A DNA stretch of 64,000 nucleotides from Candidatus Nanoarchaeia archaeon (GCA_035289665.1 DATDWO010000043.1:611-64610), one strand, 5' to 3'. Counted from the first letter of the stretch, positions 36,629 to 45,866 are shown. Numbers and translations: made by a program. Notes: generated by a model not told the origin, from the letters alone.

Positions 36629-37188
36629 TATACTCTACCTGCCTTGGCACTGGCCTTTTTCTTAACACCCATGCCTTTACCCTTATTCCTTCTAAAGTTG
36701 GACTTGGTTCTCTGACCCCGTACCGGTTGACCCCAAGCATGACGCAAGCCCTTGTAACTCTTGATCTTCTTCATCCTTCGAATATCGGTTTCAATAGCAA
36801 ATTCTAAATCCCCTGTTAATAGATGAGCGGTTTTACCCGTCTCGTAATCCTTCCTGCGATTCACCATCCACTCCGGAATACCATGATGCAAAGGATCCTT
36901 CAAGACACCCTCAATCTTTTGAATTTCATCCTCTTTCACATAACCTGCCTTTTGAGAAGGATTCGCACCTGTGACTCCGCAAACCGCGTGGGCCATGGCA
37001 TAACTGACGCCCTTTACTTTTCGCATGGCATACTGAAGCTGCTTGTTGCCATCACAGTCCGTGTTGCCGATGCGAACCAGATACTTAAAATTAGGATCGG
37101 TATTTCGAGGAGCTGCAGGAGCCTGTTTCTGAGGTGCAACCTTAGGCTTTAAATGAGCGTCTTCTGGATATGATTTTTCTTTTGCCAT
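36628..37188 (-). CDS. rps13: 30S ribosomal protein S13 (uS13) with N-terminal extension
   Basis: RIGNTDCDGNKQLQYAM...RHAWGQPVRGQRTKSN signature. Confidence 0.85.
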   Translation of the reverse strand: MAKEKSYPEDAHLKPKVAPQKQAPAAPRNTDPNFKYLVRIGNTDCDGNKQLQYAMRKVKGVSYAMAHAVCGVTGANPSQKAGYVKEDEIQKIEGVLKDPLHHGIPEWMVNRRKDYETGKTAHLLTGDLEFAIETDIRRMKKIKSYKGLRHAWGQPVRGQRTKSNFRRNKGKGMGVKKKASAKAGRV

Positions 37189-37297
37189 TGTATCAATCCG
37201 GGTAATAGAGCTTAGAATTGTCCTTAAGACAAACCCTATACGCTCTTCACTCGGGCTTTACGCTTGAGAAACGGGAGGGGTTTATAAAGATTTGGCT

Positions 37298-37606
37298 TTA
37301 GAAAGATCTAAGATTCAATGGACCACGGCTTGGAACGCCTTCGATTGCTACAGGAACCTGATCGGGTCCAAGAACTGTGTATCCTGCACGGGCCCCTTCA
37401 TCAACTAAAGATTTCATATCCCCCGAAAGTTCTTCGTAAGGTACACTAAGGAAAACATGCTGTGCATATTCTGCAACCTTGAATACAGGACGTCCGTCTT
37501 TTATGACTTCATGAAATGTTTCCAGGCCAATGCTACTGTCTCTTCCCATCATTTGGACGATTTTTACGTCTAAAGAAGCACTAAATGAGTCTCTTTCTTC
37601 ATGCAT
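37298..37606 (-). CDS. Hypothetical protein upstream of rps13
   Basis: 102-aa ORF; no domain recognised. Confidence 0.35.
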   Translation of the reverse strand: MHEERDSFSASLDVKIVQMMGRDSSIGLETFHEVIKDGRPVFKVAEYAQHVFLSVPYEELSGDMKSLVDEGARAGYTVLGPDQVPVAIEGVPSRGPLNLRSF

Positions 37607-37693
37607 TGTCGAAGAAAATGATCCCTGAGTTATAAATCTTTCTCCTCGTTTGGAATTGGTTCTGGATAGCGAAGCATGCTACTTCCGCTTCTG

Positions 37694-38023
37694 TCAAACC
37701 TTCAACTCCTTTGCCTTCACCGGTTTAATCAAAATACCTTCTGGCCGTTCCTCGAAGACACCGAAGTCTCCTGGCTTGATGTGGTACTCTTGTAGCAATT
37801 CCGGCGGGAAGCGCATGATGGTTGAGTCACCCAACACCCCGAACTTGCGGACTTGCCTTTGTCTGCCCGTTAAGATGTCAAATCGTACGAGTTCGCTGGA
37901 GGTGAAGTACTCCTCATTGCATTTGGGGCATTTTAAACAGTTTAGGTTGATTCCTTCTTTTAAAATACTGGCTTCCTTTACGTTTGTTCCGCACTTATAA
38001 CACGTTTTCATGAACTTTTTCAT
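37694..38023 (-). CDS. Zn-ribbon + AbrB/SpoVT-like (swapped-hairpin) DNA-binding protein; candidate antitoxin/regulator
   Basis: CYKCG...CLKCPKC zinc ribbon then IMRFPPELLQEYHIKPGD swapped-hairpin-like segment. Confidence 0.45.
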   Translation of the reverse strand: MKKFMKTCYKCGTNVKEASILKEGINLNCLKCPKCNEEYFTSSELVRFDILTGRQRQVRKFGVLGDSTIMRFPPELLQEYHIKPGDFGVFEERPEGILIKPVKAKELKV

Positions 38024-38024
38024 T

Positions 38025-38300
38025 TTATCTTTCCCTCCTCTTTTTTGTAACTGGTTTGATATGGATCAAGATGATGTTTTCGTGTTCCACGTACGATAAA
38101 CATATGTATTTTCTTCGGAAGGGGTAAAATACATTGTATTTCTTCTGATTTTTTGAGGCAAGTTTATGCTCTCCTTTGTCGAGGATGTCGATCACGAATT
38201 CGAGCGGCTTGTTGAACTTTTCGAACTCTTCCTTGAAGTGCCAGGTAAACACGAGCAACTTCCTCTTCCAGTATAAGTCTTCGATGTATATCTTAATCAC
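38025..38300 (-). CDS. Small protein immediately upstream of ZnR-AbrB gene; candidate toxin partner
   Basis: 91 aa, 1-bp gap to downstream gene; no confident family. Confidence 0.3.
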   Translation of the reverse strand: MIKIYIEDLYWKRKLLVFTWHFKEEFEKFNKPLEFVIDILDKGEHKLASKNQKKYNVFYPFRRKYICLSYVEHENIILIHIKPVTKKRRER

Positions 38301-38368
38301 CTTAAAGATATCTATTAGAATGAAAAGATATTTATAAGCTTTTCTATGATTCCGGCCATCTCCTTGGT

Positions 38369-38695
38369 CTAAATTTTAGCACTCAATCTTTCCTTTAAAA
38401 TTGTCACCAGTTCCAGATCATTCCGTTGGTAAATATCAAGGATGTTCAGCACCATGATCTTCTTCTCCAGTTCTGGGTATAAATAAGTAATGTAGAGCTT
38501 ATGTTCTTCCTCCATGCAGAAGATCTTGCCAGCCCATTGGAGTAATTGGTAGGTGATGCGGTTCGGGGCGTCGGGCGCAACGCCCGCCGACTTTACATTG
38601 CCTTTTTTCTTGTTTTCCTTGAGCATCTTACGGAAGACTTTTTCGGCTGTAGGACTTCGTATCTCGTTGTTGGTGCAGATGAAGAGGTAGTTCAT
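38369..38695 (-). CDS. Low-molecular-weight protein tyrosine phosphatase / ArsC-like
   Basis: N-terminal CX5R P-loop (CTNNEIRS) at residue 7; 108 aa. Confidence 0.65.
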   Translation of the reverse strand: MNYLFICTNNEIRSPTAEKVFRKMLKENKKKGNVKSAGVAPDAPNRITYQLLQWAGKIFCMEEEHKLYITYLYPELEKKIMVLNILDIYQRNDLELVTILKERLSAKI

Positions 38696-39048
38696 TTTTT
38701 GTGATAACCAAATTTTTCATTGTAAATATTATGGTCCAGTATATCGGTGATGAAGCAGATGATTTCTTGTTCATTGCCCTTTATCGTGTATATCATTCTC
38801 CAATATTGAACCAACTCTGCTCTCCATAAATTATGGACATGGTATTCTTTTGGAACCTTATTCTTAGAGATGTTGCATCCATAGAATGGATTGGAGCGTA
38901 TGAATTCTATCTTTTGCCGTATGGATTTAAGCAACTGCATTTCTGGATGGAATTCTTTGTCTTCTTTTATGTTTTGTTCTAATTCTTTCAATTTTTTGAA
39001 TTCTTGCTCTGCGTTTCCTATAAGAACGATCCGCACCTTTCTGTTCAT
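38692..39048 (-). CDS. RelE/ParE-superfamily toxin-like protein
   Basis: C-terminal LWRAELVQYWRMIYTIKGNEQEIICFITDILDH..Y pattern typical of ParE/RelE fold; 4-bp overlap with LMW-PTP gene. Confidence 0.5.
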   Translation of the reverse strand: MNRKVRIVLIGNAEQEFKKLKELEQNIKEDKEFHPEMQLLKSIRQKIEFIRSNPFYGCNISKNKVPKEYHVHNLWRAELVQYWRMIYTIKGNEQEIICFITDILDHNIYNEKFGYHKK

Positions 39049-39132
39049 TTGCTTCCATCTTTGTAGGTAGAATATAAGTGTTATCTAAGAAAATCCGGAA
39101 AGTTTTCGGTTAAATCGGAAGCTATGAAAAGA

Positions 39133-39402
39133 TCACACTTCGGTTCCTTGTCGGATCAATTTATCGAGCTCTTTCTTTTCAGCGAAAATCCAAAGAATAC
39201 CCTTTGTGCCGATCAAGATCTTACCGCTTACTTGTAAGTAATCCAGTGTTTGGATCAACGTTTGGTGCATGACTTTTTTGGGTAGCCTTCGTTTGAGCTC
39301 TGCAATCGTTAATAATTCATTGGCTTTTTTTAATGTGTCTTCTACCATAAGAATCGTACTAAGCGTGGGCATATGTTTTTTTGTTATTGTGATTTGCTTC
39401 AT
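39133..39402 (-). CDS. Small hypothetical protein (possible DNA-binding/antitoxin partner)
   Basis: 89 aa upstream of RelE/ParE-like gene. Confidence 0.3.
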   Translation of the reverse strand: MKQITITKKHMPTLSTILMVEDTLKKANELLTIAELKRRLPKKVMHQTLIQTLDYLQVSGKILIGTKGILWIFAEKKELDKLIRQGTEV

Positions 39403-39451
39403 TTTATATAAAATAGATATAAATTTATCTATAATAAGGATGGACTTATAT

Positions 39452-39763
39452 TTAAACTTTGCTACTCTTCCTCTTCGTCATCACATCCACAATCTTAAAC
39501 GCTGGCGCTTGGATGCGTTCATGACGGCAATGGGGGCATTTAGAGGGGTTCTTTACCTTGCCACGCTCCTTGAAGACAAAGCCACACGCCTTACAGAAGG
39601 GGGGGTTCATGACCAAGCGCTTCTTATGATGTGCCACGATGCGCTTGATGTGCTCTATTTCGTCTAGAATTTCCCACATCTCTACTCGGTAGATATGACA
39701 GAACTCTTGCGCTGAGATTTCATGCTGCAGCAGCATCTCGATCATTTCCTGGCGACGGGTCAT
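39452..39763 (-). CDS. Zinc-ribbon protein
   Basis: CKACG...CPHC Cys pairs near C-terminus. Confidence 0.4.
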   Translation of the reverse strand: MTRRQEMIEMLLQHEISAQEFCHIYRVEMWEILDEIEHIKRIVAHHKKRLVMNPPFCKACGFVFKERGKVKNPSKCPHCRHERIQAPAFKIVDVMTKRKSSKV

Positions 39764-39777
39764 GTTAAGGTTTGTAT

Positions 39778-39969
39778 TTACAAAACTTTCCTAGCTGTTT
39801 TTAGAGCTTGCTCGATGTCTTCCTTCTCCAGATTTAGATAGACATTGTGTTCCTTAAGCAAGTTGATGAATTCGCTTAGTGTTATACCTGCGAGCCTTGC
39901 TCCTAAACCCAGACTCACCTTTTTTCCTTTGTATAATTCGACGGCTTTGTTTCTTGTGGACGCTTGCAT
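39778..39969 (-). CDS. UPF0175-family small HTH protein (antitoxin-like), orphan
   Basis: AVELYKGKKVSLGLGARLAGITLSEFINLLKEHNV matches UPF0175 pattern. Confidence 0.55.
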   Translation of the reverse strand: MQASTRNKAVELYKGKKVSLGLGARLAGITLSEFINLLKEHNVYLNLEKEDIEQALKTARKVL

Positions 39970-40020
39970 TTGCGATAATGCTGTTTTGTTTGTTTATAAG
40001 CTTTCTGAACTTAAATTGTC

Positions 40021-40860
40021 TTATGCTTTTGTTTTACTGTATTTCTGATGATGGAAAACAATCCTTACTTTTAACTTTAGCTCTTTGACTTTCTTCTTAA
40101 TTCGTGCCTCTACTTTATCCCAGTAGTCGTTTTTCGTGAAGAAAATGCGTTCGTATTCCTTAGCTAGACCAGGGTACTTTTTCTGGATGATCTCAAACAC
40201 TTGCGGCCAAGTGCCTGCTTTATGGTTTAGGTTTTCTGCCCAGACCATGTCCACACCGAGTTCTTTGAATTTTTTCAGCATTTCTTCGATGTTCGTTAAG
40301 TATGGGAAAATAGGGCCCATGAAGGCGTAGACCTTAATGCCTGCTTTCTTTAACTTTTTCATCGCCTCCAAACGCCGCTCTGGAGAAGCAGCTACGGGTT
40401 CGAAATCCTTCCGATGCTGATCGTTAAAGCTAAGAAACGAGAAGCCGACTTCACAGCTCTTGAATCGTTTCAATACGTCAATGTCTCTTGTGACGAGGTC
40501 GGACTTCGTCAGAACTGAGATGGGGAATTGGTATTTTAAGAGAATCTCCAGTAGCCTTCTTGTCAGTTTGTATCGTATCTCCAGCGGGTGATAGGCGTCT
40601 GTGACACTGCTCATGAGAACAAGACCTTTCTTTGCTTTCTTAATCTCTTTCTCTAAAAGCTCAGGGGCATTCATTTTTACATCGACAAACTTCCCCCAAG
40701 GCTCTTTATGCTTGGTTACTCGCTTCATGAAAACAGCGTAACAGTAAGGGCAGGCGTGCATGCAACCAACATAAGGGTTAATGACGTAGTCAGCGCCCGG
40801 GAGGCCACTTTTCGTGAGAATGCTTTTGGATTGGATTTCTTTCAGTTGGAATTGGTCCAT
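40021..40860 (-). CDS. Radical SAM protein (SplB/DNA-repair photolyase-like family)
   Basis: CMHACPYC CxxxCxxC cluster near N-terminus. Confidence 0.65.
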   Translation of the reverse strand: MDQFQLKEIQSKSILTKSGLPGADYVINPYVGCMHACPYCYAVFMKRVTKHKEPWGKFVDVKMNAPELLEKEIKKAKKGLVLMSSVTDAYHPLEIRYKLTRRLLEILLKYQFPISVLTKSDLVTRDIDVLKRFKSCEVGFSFLSFNDQHRKDFEPVAASPERRLEAMKKLKKAGIKVYAFMGPIFPYLTNIEEMLKKFKELGVDMVWAENLNHKAGTWPQVFEIIQKKYPGLAKEYERIFFTKNDYWDKVEARIKKKVKELKLKVRIVFHHQKYSKTKA

Positions 40861-40865
40861 GAATA

Positions 40866-42185
40866 TTAAGGTGTTAACCGTTCTGGATCTCTTGGGAGCA
40901 AGATGGCTTCTCGCACGTTTTCTAGATTGAGCATCTGTTGGGTGATTCGGTCCAATCCGAGACCGACCCCTCCATGAGGTGGACAGCCATATCGGAAAAT
41001 ATCTCGGTAGAAAGCCATCTTTTTGAAATCAATACTCTTCTCTGCACACTGAGCTTCTAGGATGTCGAGGCGATGCTCTCGCTGAGCGCCTGTGCCAATC
41101 TCGACCCCTTTGTAGAGTAAGTCAAACGATTTTGTTACGTTCTTGTTGTTATCTGGTCGCATGTGGTAGAATGGGCGCTTTTTCCAGGGGTAATCCAACA
41201 TAAAGACAAAATCAGAGTTGTACTTTTCCTTTACATGGTCTCCAATCATCTTTTCCCCTTCCGCGTCCAAGTCTTCATCTTCAGGAATGATTTTTCCCTT
41301 TTCCTTCAACCACTTTCGCATCTCAATCAAAGAAAGACGTGGGATCTCCTTAGGAACTTCGATTGTAACACTTAATTCAGCCAGCTCTGTCTTGCATGAA
41401 TCTTTCATTTTGGTTAGCAGGAATTTAACATATTTTTCGATTAAGTCCATCACATCGTGCTCGTCCTTGATGAAACCCATTTCAAAGTCAATGCCGATGA
41501 ACTCAGTTAGATGCCTGGTAGTATGGGACTTTTCTGCTCGAAAGATCGGAGCGATTTCGTACACTTTTTCCAGTCCTGAGACGACAAACATCTGCTTATA
41601 GACTTGTGGAGACTGGGCCAAAGAAGCTGTTTTCCCAAAGTAAGGGATCTTGAATTCTTCCGCGCCGGATTCTACGCCGGAAGCTGTGAGCTTGGGTGTT
41701 TGAATGGCCACAAATTCTTCTTGATCAAAGAACTGGATTGTGGTGCTGTAAATCTTTGAGCGAACCCTAAAAATATTTTTAACTTTGTCCCTGCGTACGT
41801 CTAAAAAGCGATAATCCAAGCGCTTATCCATATGGGTCGTTGTTTCCTCCTGCACCTCAATCGGAAGAGGCGTTTCTGCCAGATTTATCAACTCGACTCG
41901 TGTAGCACCTAATTCAATGGTACCAGTCGCCATCTCTTTTTTTACCTGGTTCTCTGGACGCTTATTCACGACCCCTTCTACTAAAACAATAGACTCTTTT
42001 TTCAAAGACTGAGCTTGTTCGGTTAAGTTCTTATCTAAAAAGACCTGAGTTATCCCATTCCTATCTCTTAATAACATAAAAGAGATCTTGCCTGAGATTC
42101 GTAAGGTGTCCAGCCAGCCGCATAAGGTGACGGTTTTCCCCGCATTGGTCTCTCTCAACTCCCCACACGTATGCGTTCTTAACAT
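40866..42185 (-). CDS. aspS: Aspartyl-tRNA synthetase (class IIb; could be non-discriminating AspRS); start placed at MLRTHTCGELR
   Basis: FRAEKSHTTRHLTEF motif 2 and GGVGLGLDRITQQ motif 3. Confidence 0.8.
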   Translation of the reverse strand: MLRTHTCGELRETNAGKTVTLCGWLDTLRISGKISFMLLRDRNGITQVFLDKNLTEQAQSLKKESIVLVEGVVNKRPENQVKKEMATGTIELGATRVELINLAETPLPIEVQEETTTHMDKRLDYRFLDVRRDKVKNIFRVRSKIYSTTIQFFDQEEFVAIQTPKLTASGVESGAEEFKIPYFGKTASLAQSPQVYKQMFVVSGLEKVYEIAPIFRAEKSHTTRHLTEFIGIDFEMGFIKDEHDVMDLIEKYVKFLLTKMKDSCKTELAELSVTIEVPKEIPRLSLIEMRKWLKEKGKIIPEDEDLDAEGEKMIGDHVKEKYNSDFVFMLDYPWKKRPFYHMRPDNNKNVTKSFDLLYKGVEIGTGAQREHRLDILEAQCAEKSIDFKKMAFYRDIFRYGCPPHGGVGLGLDRITQQMLNLENVREAILLPRDPERLTP

Positions 42186-42274
42186 GGTTTGCTGGACAAA
42201 GACGAGATATATAAATTTACTGTACAGAAGGGCCATTTCAAAAGCTATATATACTCCTGGATGATTGTTCAAGC

Positions 42275-42694
42275 ATGGCTACCGATCAACTCTTAGGCTA
42301 CCTCTTAGGCGGAGCCGTGAGTGGACTGATTTTCGCTTCGGTTATGATCTTTTTCCTGTTCGTTGTAGTAGCTTATCTTTACACGTCTTATGCTTGGATG
42401 ATCCTTGGCCAAAAACTCAAGTACGACAAGCCCTGGCTAGCCTGGATTCCCTTTGCCGGCACCTCGATGGTACTACAAATGGGAGGATTTCACTGGGCAT
42501 GGGTTTTCCTTTACCTTATTCCTATCTTAGGCTGGATTGCCATTGGCGTTCTTTACATTATCTCTAACTGGAGAGTCTTTGAAAAAAGAAAATACCCTGG
42601 ATGGTATAGCTTATCTTTGATCCTACCCAAAGTGGGTGGCATTCTTTACTTGGTCGCACTTGGATTTGTCACGTTTAAAGACAAGAGAAAATAG
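42275..42694 (+). CDS. Small integral membrane protein
   Basis: 139 aa, 4 hydrophobic segments. Confidence 0.45.
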   Translation: MATDQLLGYLLGGAVSGLIFASVMIFFLFVVVAYLYTSYAWMILGQKLKYDKPWLAWIPFAGTSMVLQMGGFHWAWVFLYLIPILGWIAIGVLYIISNWRVFEKRKYPGWYSLSLILPKVGGILYLVALGFVTFKDKRK

Positions 42695-42742
42695 TTTTCT
42701 GACTAAACCTTTAAATACCTAAGGCTGTTTTATCGACGATGT

Positions 42743-42867
42743 GGACCCGTAGCCTAGCCTGGATAGGGCACCAGCCTTCTATCTTCGGATGATAGCTGGT
42801 GATCGTGGGTTCGAACACGGTCCTTTGCGAATCAAACGCTGATCGTTCGAAAGTCCCACCGGGTCCG
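42743..42867 (+). tRNA. tRNA-Arg(UCU) with two introns: 12 nt at 37/38 and 38 nt in the T-loop (59/60)
   Basis: GGACCCG-UA-GCCU..GGGC-A-CCAGC-CUUCUA[12 nt]A-GCUGG-UGAUC-GUGGG-UUCGAA[38 nt]U-CCCAC-CGGGUCC-G; duplicated UUCGAA at intron borders. Confidence 0.6.
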
Positions 42868-42883
42868 CTCTTTTCTTTATACT

Positions 42884-42920
42884 CAGCGACAGAAAGAATT
42901 GGGCAAATAATCTGTCGCTG
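42884..42920 (+). other. Perfect 10-bp stem hairpin (CAGCGACAGA...TCTGTCGCTG) between the two tRNAs
   Basis: Read directly. Confidence 0.5.
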
Positions 42921-43005
42921 GTATATCGCGGAGAAAGCATATACAAAATAAGTGTCCCTCCGCCATAGAAACCCATAAAAAGAGGACTTCGTTTCATCGA
43001 CTTAA

Positions 43006-43077
43006 GCGCTGGTCGCCAAGCGGTAAGGCACGAGGCTGCAACCCTCCCATTCCCCGGTTCAAATCCGGGCCAGCGCT
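43006..43077 (+). tRNA. tRNA-Cys(GCA), intron-less, U73 discriminator
   Basis: GCGCUGG...CUGCAAC anticodon loop...CCCGG-UUCAAAU-CCGGG-CCAGCGC-U. Confidence 0.75.
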
Positions 43078-43105
43078 TAATCTTCCAAACCTTTTTAACC
43101 CTCTC

Positions 43106-43897
43106 TTGGTTTCGTTTTTCATGGCCAAAAAAATCCTTCTCAAACTCCCCCGAACCACGTACGTGGCGGAAGTAAACCGAGAAATTACGCTCTCTGACTT
43201 TGAAAAACACCTAGTGGATGTTGACAAAGACTTTCACTCTAAATATGGCATTATCCCTAAAAAAGAGCTTGCCAAGAAACCCGGCGCTGTGTTGAGAGCA
43301 GGTAAGGAGGAATTCCATTTACTGGACACCTCTTTTTTGGACCTATATAAGAATCTTAAGCGCAGCGCCCAAATCATTGGGTTGAAAGACATCGGAATTA
43401 TCATCGGACGCACCGGCATTCACCGCGAAAGCATTGTGATGGACGCTGGAACAGGAAGCGGAGCCTTTGCCTGCTTTGTAGCTGCGATTGCCAAACAAGT
43501 GGTTTCTTATGATATCGATTCAGAGCGCACATCACTCGGTCAGAAAAATGCATGCGACTTAGGATTGGTAAATGTCGAATTCAAAAAAGGAGATGTGTAC
43601 AAAACAGAAACGGTTAAAGAAAAAGACATTGATGTATTCTTACTTGATGTGCCGGAACCTTCTAAAGCGTTGAAAACAGCGGAAAAAATACTGAATGTTG
43701 GAGGGTACCTTGTTGCTTACACCCCCCAAATTCACCAAGCCCAAAAAGTCGTAATTTCTTTGCCTAAGAATATGTTGCATGAATGCACTATTGAAGTCAT
43801 GGAACGCGAATGGCTCGTGGATGAAATGAGGCTTAGACCGAATTCTGGAGATATGCTGCATACAGCGTTCTTGACGTTTGTGAGGAAACTTTCCTAA
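43106..43897 (+). CDS. tRNA (adenine-N1)-methyltransferase TrmI/Gcd14-like SAM-dependent methyltransferase
   Basis: VMDAGTGSGAF SAM-binding motif and N-terminal TrmI-like beta domain. Confidence 0.65.
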   Translation: MVSFFMAKKILLKLPRTTYVAEVNREITLSDFEKHLVDVDKDFHSKYGIIPKKELAKKPGAVLRAGKEEFHLLDTSFLDLYKNLKRSAQIIGLKDIGIIIGRTGIHRESIVMDAGTGSGAFACFVAAIAKQVVSYDIDSERTSLGQKNACDLGLVNVEFKKGDVYKTETVKEKDIDVFLLDVPEPSKALKTAEKILNVGGYLVAYTPQIHQAQKVVISLPKNMLHECTIEVMEREWLVDEMRLRPNSGDMLHTAFLTFVRKLS

Positions 43898-45069
43898 GCA
43901 GTTTTATGCTTATACATGTAGAGAAGAGCGATGAGTCCTAAAAATAAGGAAATTCCTCCTGATACAAAGAAAGCCAGGCGCAATGAGTAGACGTCCATGA
44001 TCCAACCCAAAAACGGACCTAGAGCAACGTAGAGAAGCCGGCTGACCATCGTTCTTGTGGACAACACGGTTGCTCTTCGATCGGATGAGACCAATCGATT
44101 AATGTAATCTTTAAACACCGGTTCGCTAAAACCCCGAACAGAATAAAATAGTAATAAGAACACAATCCCCCATACTGATTGGAAAACAGCCGCTAACACA
44201 CAACCCGCTACAGTTCCTATAAGAAGGCTTATCAAAGAAGCTCTTCTACCTAAATAAGTTTCCAAACGATGCGCCCACCATGAGCATGCGGCCATGGATA
44301 CTTTCATGATCGCCCAAATGATACCAAACCAAAATAAAGGAATCCCTACCATTTTTAAGTAGGGTTGAACAAACCAGATCGTGATCAATGTCGCTGCGTA
44401 AATTATCGCTGAATACAGGATTAACCATTTTATTTCGATGTGTTCATGTAGGGCATATTTTACTGTTTTTATCGCGAACTTTACTGCTTTTACTCGTCGG
44501 AAGCTATGTCGTTTTGGTTCTATTAATGAGAGGGCTAAAGGGATTGTCAATAACTCAAGACCCACCTGTGAATAGATTGTCCATCGCAGACTGATTAAAG
44601 CCACTCCCCCACCTATTACGCTGGCCATCGCTTCTGAAAAGTATCCCAAACCGGAGAGACGGCCTTCATATTTTTTATATTGCTTCTCCTTGCCTGCCTG
44701 CACTAAACTATCATAAATCAAAGCTGAATCTGCACCGGATATGAGGCTGGAACTTATCCCGAGCAATACTTCCGCCATCAAGAAGCCGAGAAAATTATAA
44801 GAGAATGAATAGGTTATGAATCCAAAAAGCCCCATTATGCAGGCTAAAAGAATTATAGGTTTTCGGCCGAAGCGATCCGCAAGAAAACCCGTTGGCACAT
44901 CAAACACGAGCAGGATTATAGAGAAAATCGCCTGAAGCAGGAAAATGTCCCTCATCGATAAGCCGTTCTCTTGATAAAACAAGACAATGATCGGGGCCCA
45001 TAACATGAACCAACGGAACGACTTTAAAATATACAACTTCCAGATATTGGAAAGAATGGGATCCTTCAT
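43894..45069 (-). CDS. MFS transporter
   Basis: 391 aa, 12 TM segments, GxLaDrfGrk-like motif (GFLADRFGRKPI). Confidence 0.7.
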   Translation of the reverse strand: MKDPILSNIWKLYILKSFRWFMLWAPIIVLFYQENGLSMRDIFLLQAIFSIILLVFDVPTGFLADRFGRKPIILLACIMGLFGFITYSFSYNFLGFLMAEVLLGISSSLISGADSALIYDSLVQAGKEKQYKKYEGRLSGLGYFSEAMASVIGGGVALISLRWTIYSQVGLELLTIPLALSLIEPKRHSFRRVKAVKFAIKTVKYALHEHIEIKWLILYSAIIYAATLITIWFVQPYLKMVGIPLFWFGIIWAIMKVSMAACSWWAHRLETYLGRRASLISLLIGTVAGCVLAAVFQSVWGIVFLLLFYSVRGFSEPVFKDYINRLVSSDRRATVLSTRTMVSRLLYVALGPFLGWIMDVYSLRLAFFVSGGISLFLGLIALLYMYKHKTA

Positions 45070-45145
45070 TTTTTCTTGTTTGTAAGAGTCGACTTATAAA
45101 GTTGCTGTGCAGAACATTTAAGTATCTCCCCTCTTTTCTTTTTTC

Positions 45146-45742
45146 ATGGCTTCCGTCGCCCGTCCCAAACAGCAGATCAAGAAACAAGTTAGAGTTCTAG
45201 GAATAGACGATGCGCCGTTTGATAAATTTAACCCTCTACAACGACAAGTGTTGGTGATTGGGACTGTGTATAGAGGAGGGGATTATATGGATGGTGTCCT
45301 TTCTACTTATGTGGAAAAAGATGGGATTGATGCGACCATGAAGATTGTGGAGATGGTGAATGCTTGCAAGTTCAAATCCCAGCTGCAAGCGATTTTTCTG
45401 AATGGAATTTCTGTTGCCGGTTTTAATGTCATCAACCTCCCTAAGTTGCATGAGCTAACGTCTATACCTGTCATTGCCGTTGTCCGCGATTACCCTAATT
45501 TTGAAGAATTCTATGGTGCCATGGAAAAATTACAGATGACTGAAAAAATGGCTTGGGTGAAAAAGCTGCCTAAACCGGTCAAAGCAGAAAAGGTCTATAT
45601 TCAGCCTGTTGGCATTTCGTTGCCCAAAGCGACCGAGCTGCTCAAGATCTGCACTTCCCACGCTGAAGTGCCTGAGTGCCTGCGCATTGCCCACATCATT
45701 GCCTCCGGACTGGTTGATGGAGAGAGCCGAGGAAGGGCGTAG
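45146..45742 (+). CDS. UPF0215/DUF99 family protein
   Basis: VRVLGIDDAPF N-terminal signature of archaeal DUF99 family. Confidence 0.55.
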   Translation: MASVARPKQQIKKQVRVLGIDDAPFDKFNPLQRQVLVIGTVYRGGDYMDGVLSTYVEKDGIDATMKIVEMVNACKFKSQLQAIFLNGISVAGFNVINLPKLHELTSIPVIAVVRDYPNFEEFYGAMEKLQMTEKMAWVKKLPKPVKAEKVYIQPVGISLPKATELLKICTSHAEVPECLRIAHIIASGLVDGESRGRA

Positions 45743-45767
45743 TTTCTACTTTATGATGCTAAGCCAA

Positions 45768-45866
45768 TATAGAGAGGTTTGAATAACCCCTATGAGTAGT
45801 GTCCTATAGGCGAAGTAGCTCGTCGATAGCCTAGTGTGCGCCGGAGGTTATTCAAAGTCCTCTATA
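45768..45866. other. Long imperfect inverted repeat (21-nt arms, 18/21 match, 57-nt spacer) downstream of DUF99 gene; possible structured RNA/terminator
   Basis: TATAGAGAGGTTTGAATAACC vs GGTTATTCAAAGTCCTCTATA. Confidence 0.3.

Noticed and set aside
36628-37188. Alternative shorter start for S13
   Set aside because: The N-terminal 35-aa extension is retained because the only in-frame Met downstream lies inside the conserved S13 domain.
42779-43227. ORFs 42779..43210(-) and 42994..43227(-)
   Set aside because: They overlap tRNA-Arg and tRNA-Cys on the opposite strand. The GC-rich tRNA sequence creates spurious open frames.
45751-45760. Possible C/D-box sRNA (AUGAUGC at 45752)
   Set aside because: Only a C-box-like heptamer is present. 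No D or D' boxes or terminal stem could be found.
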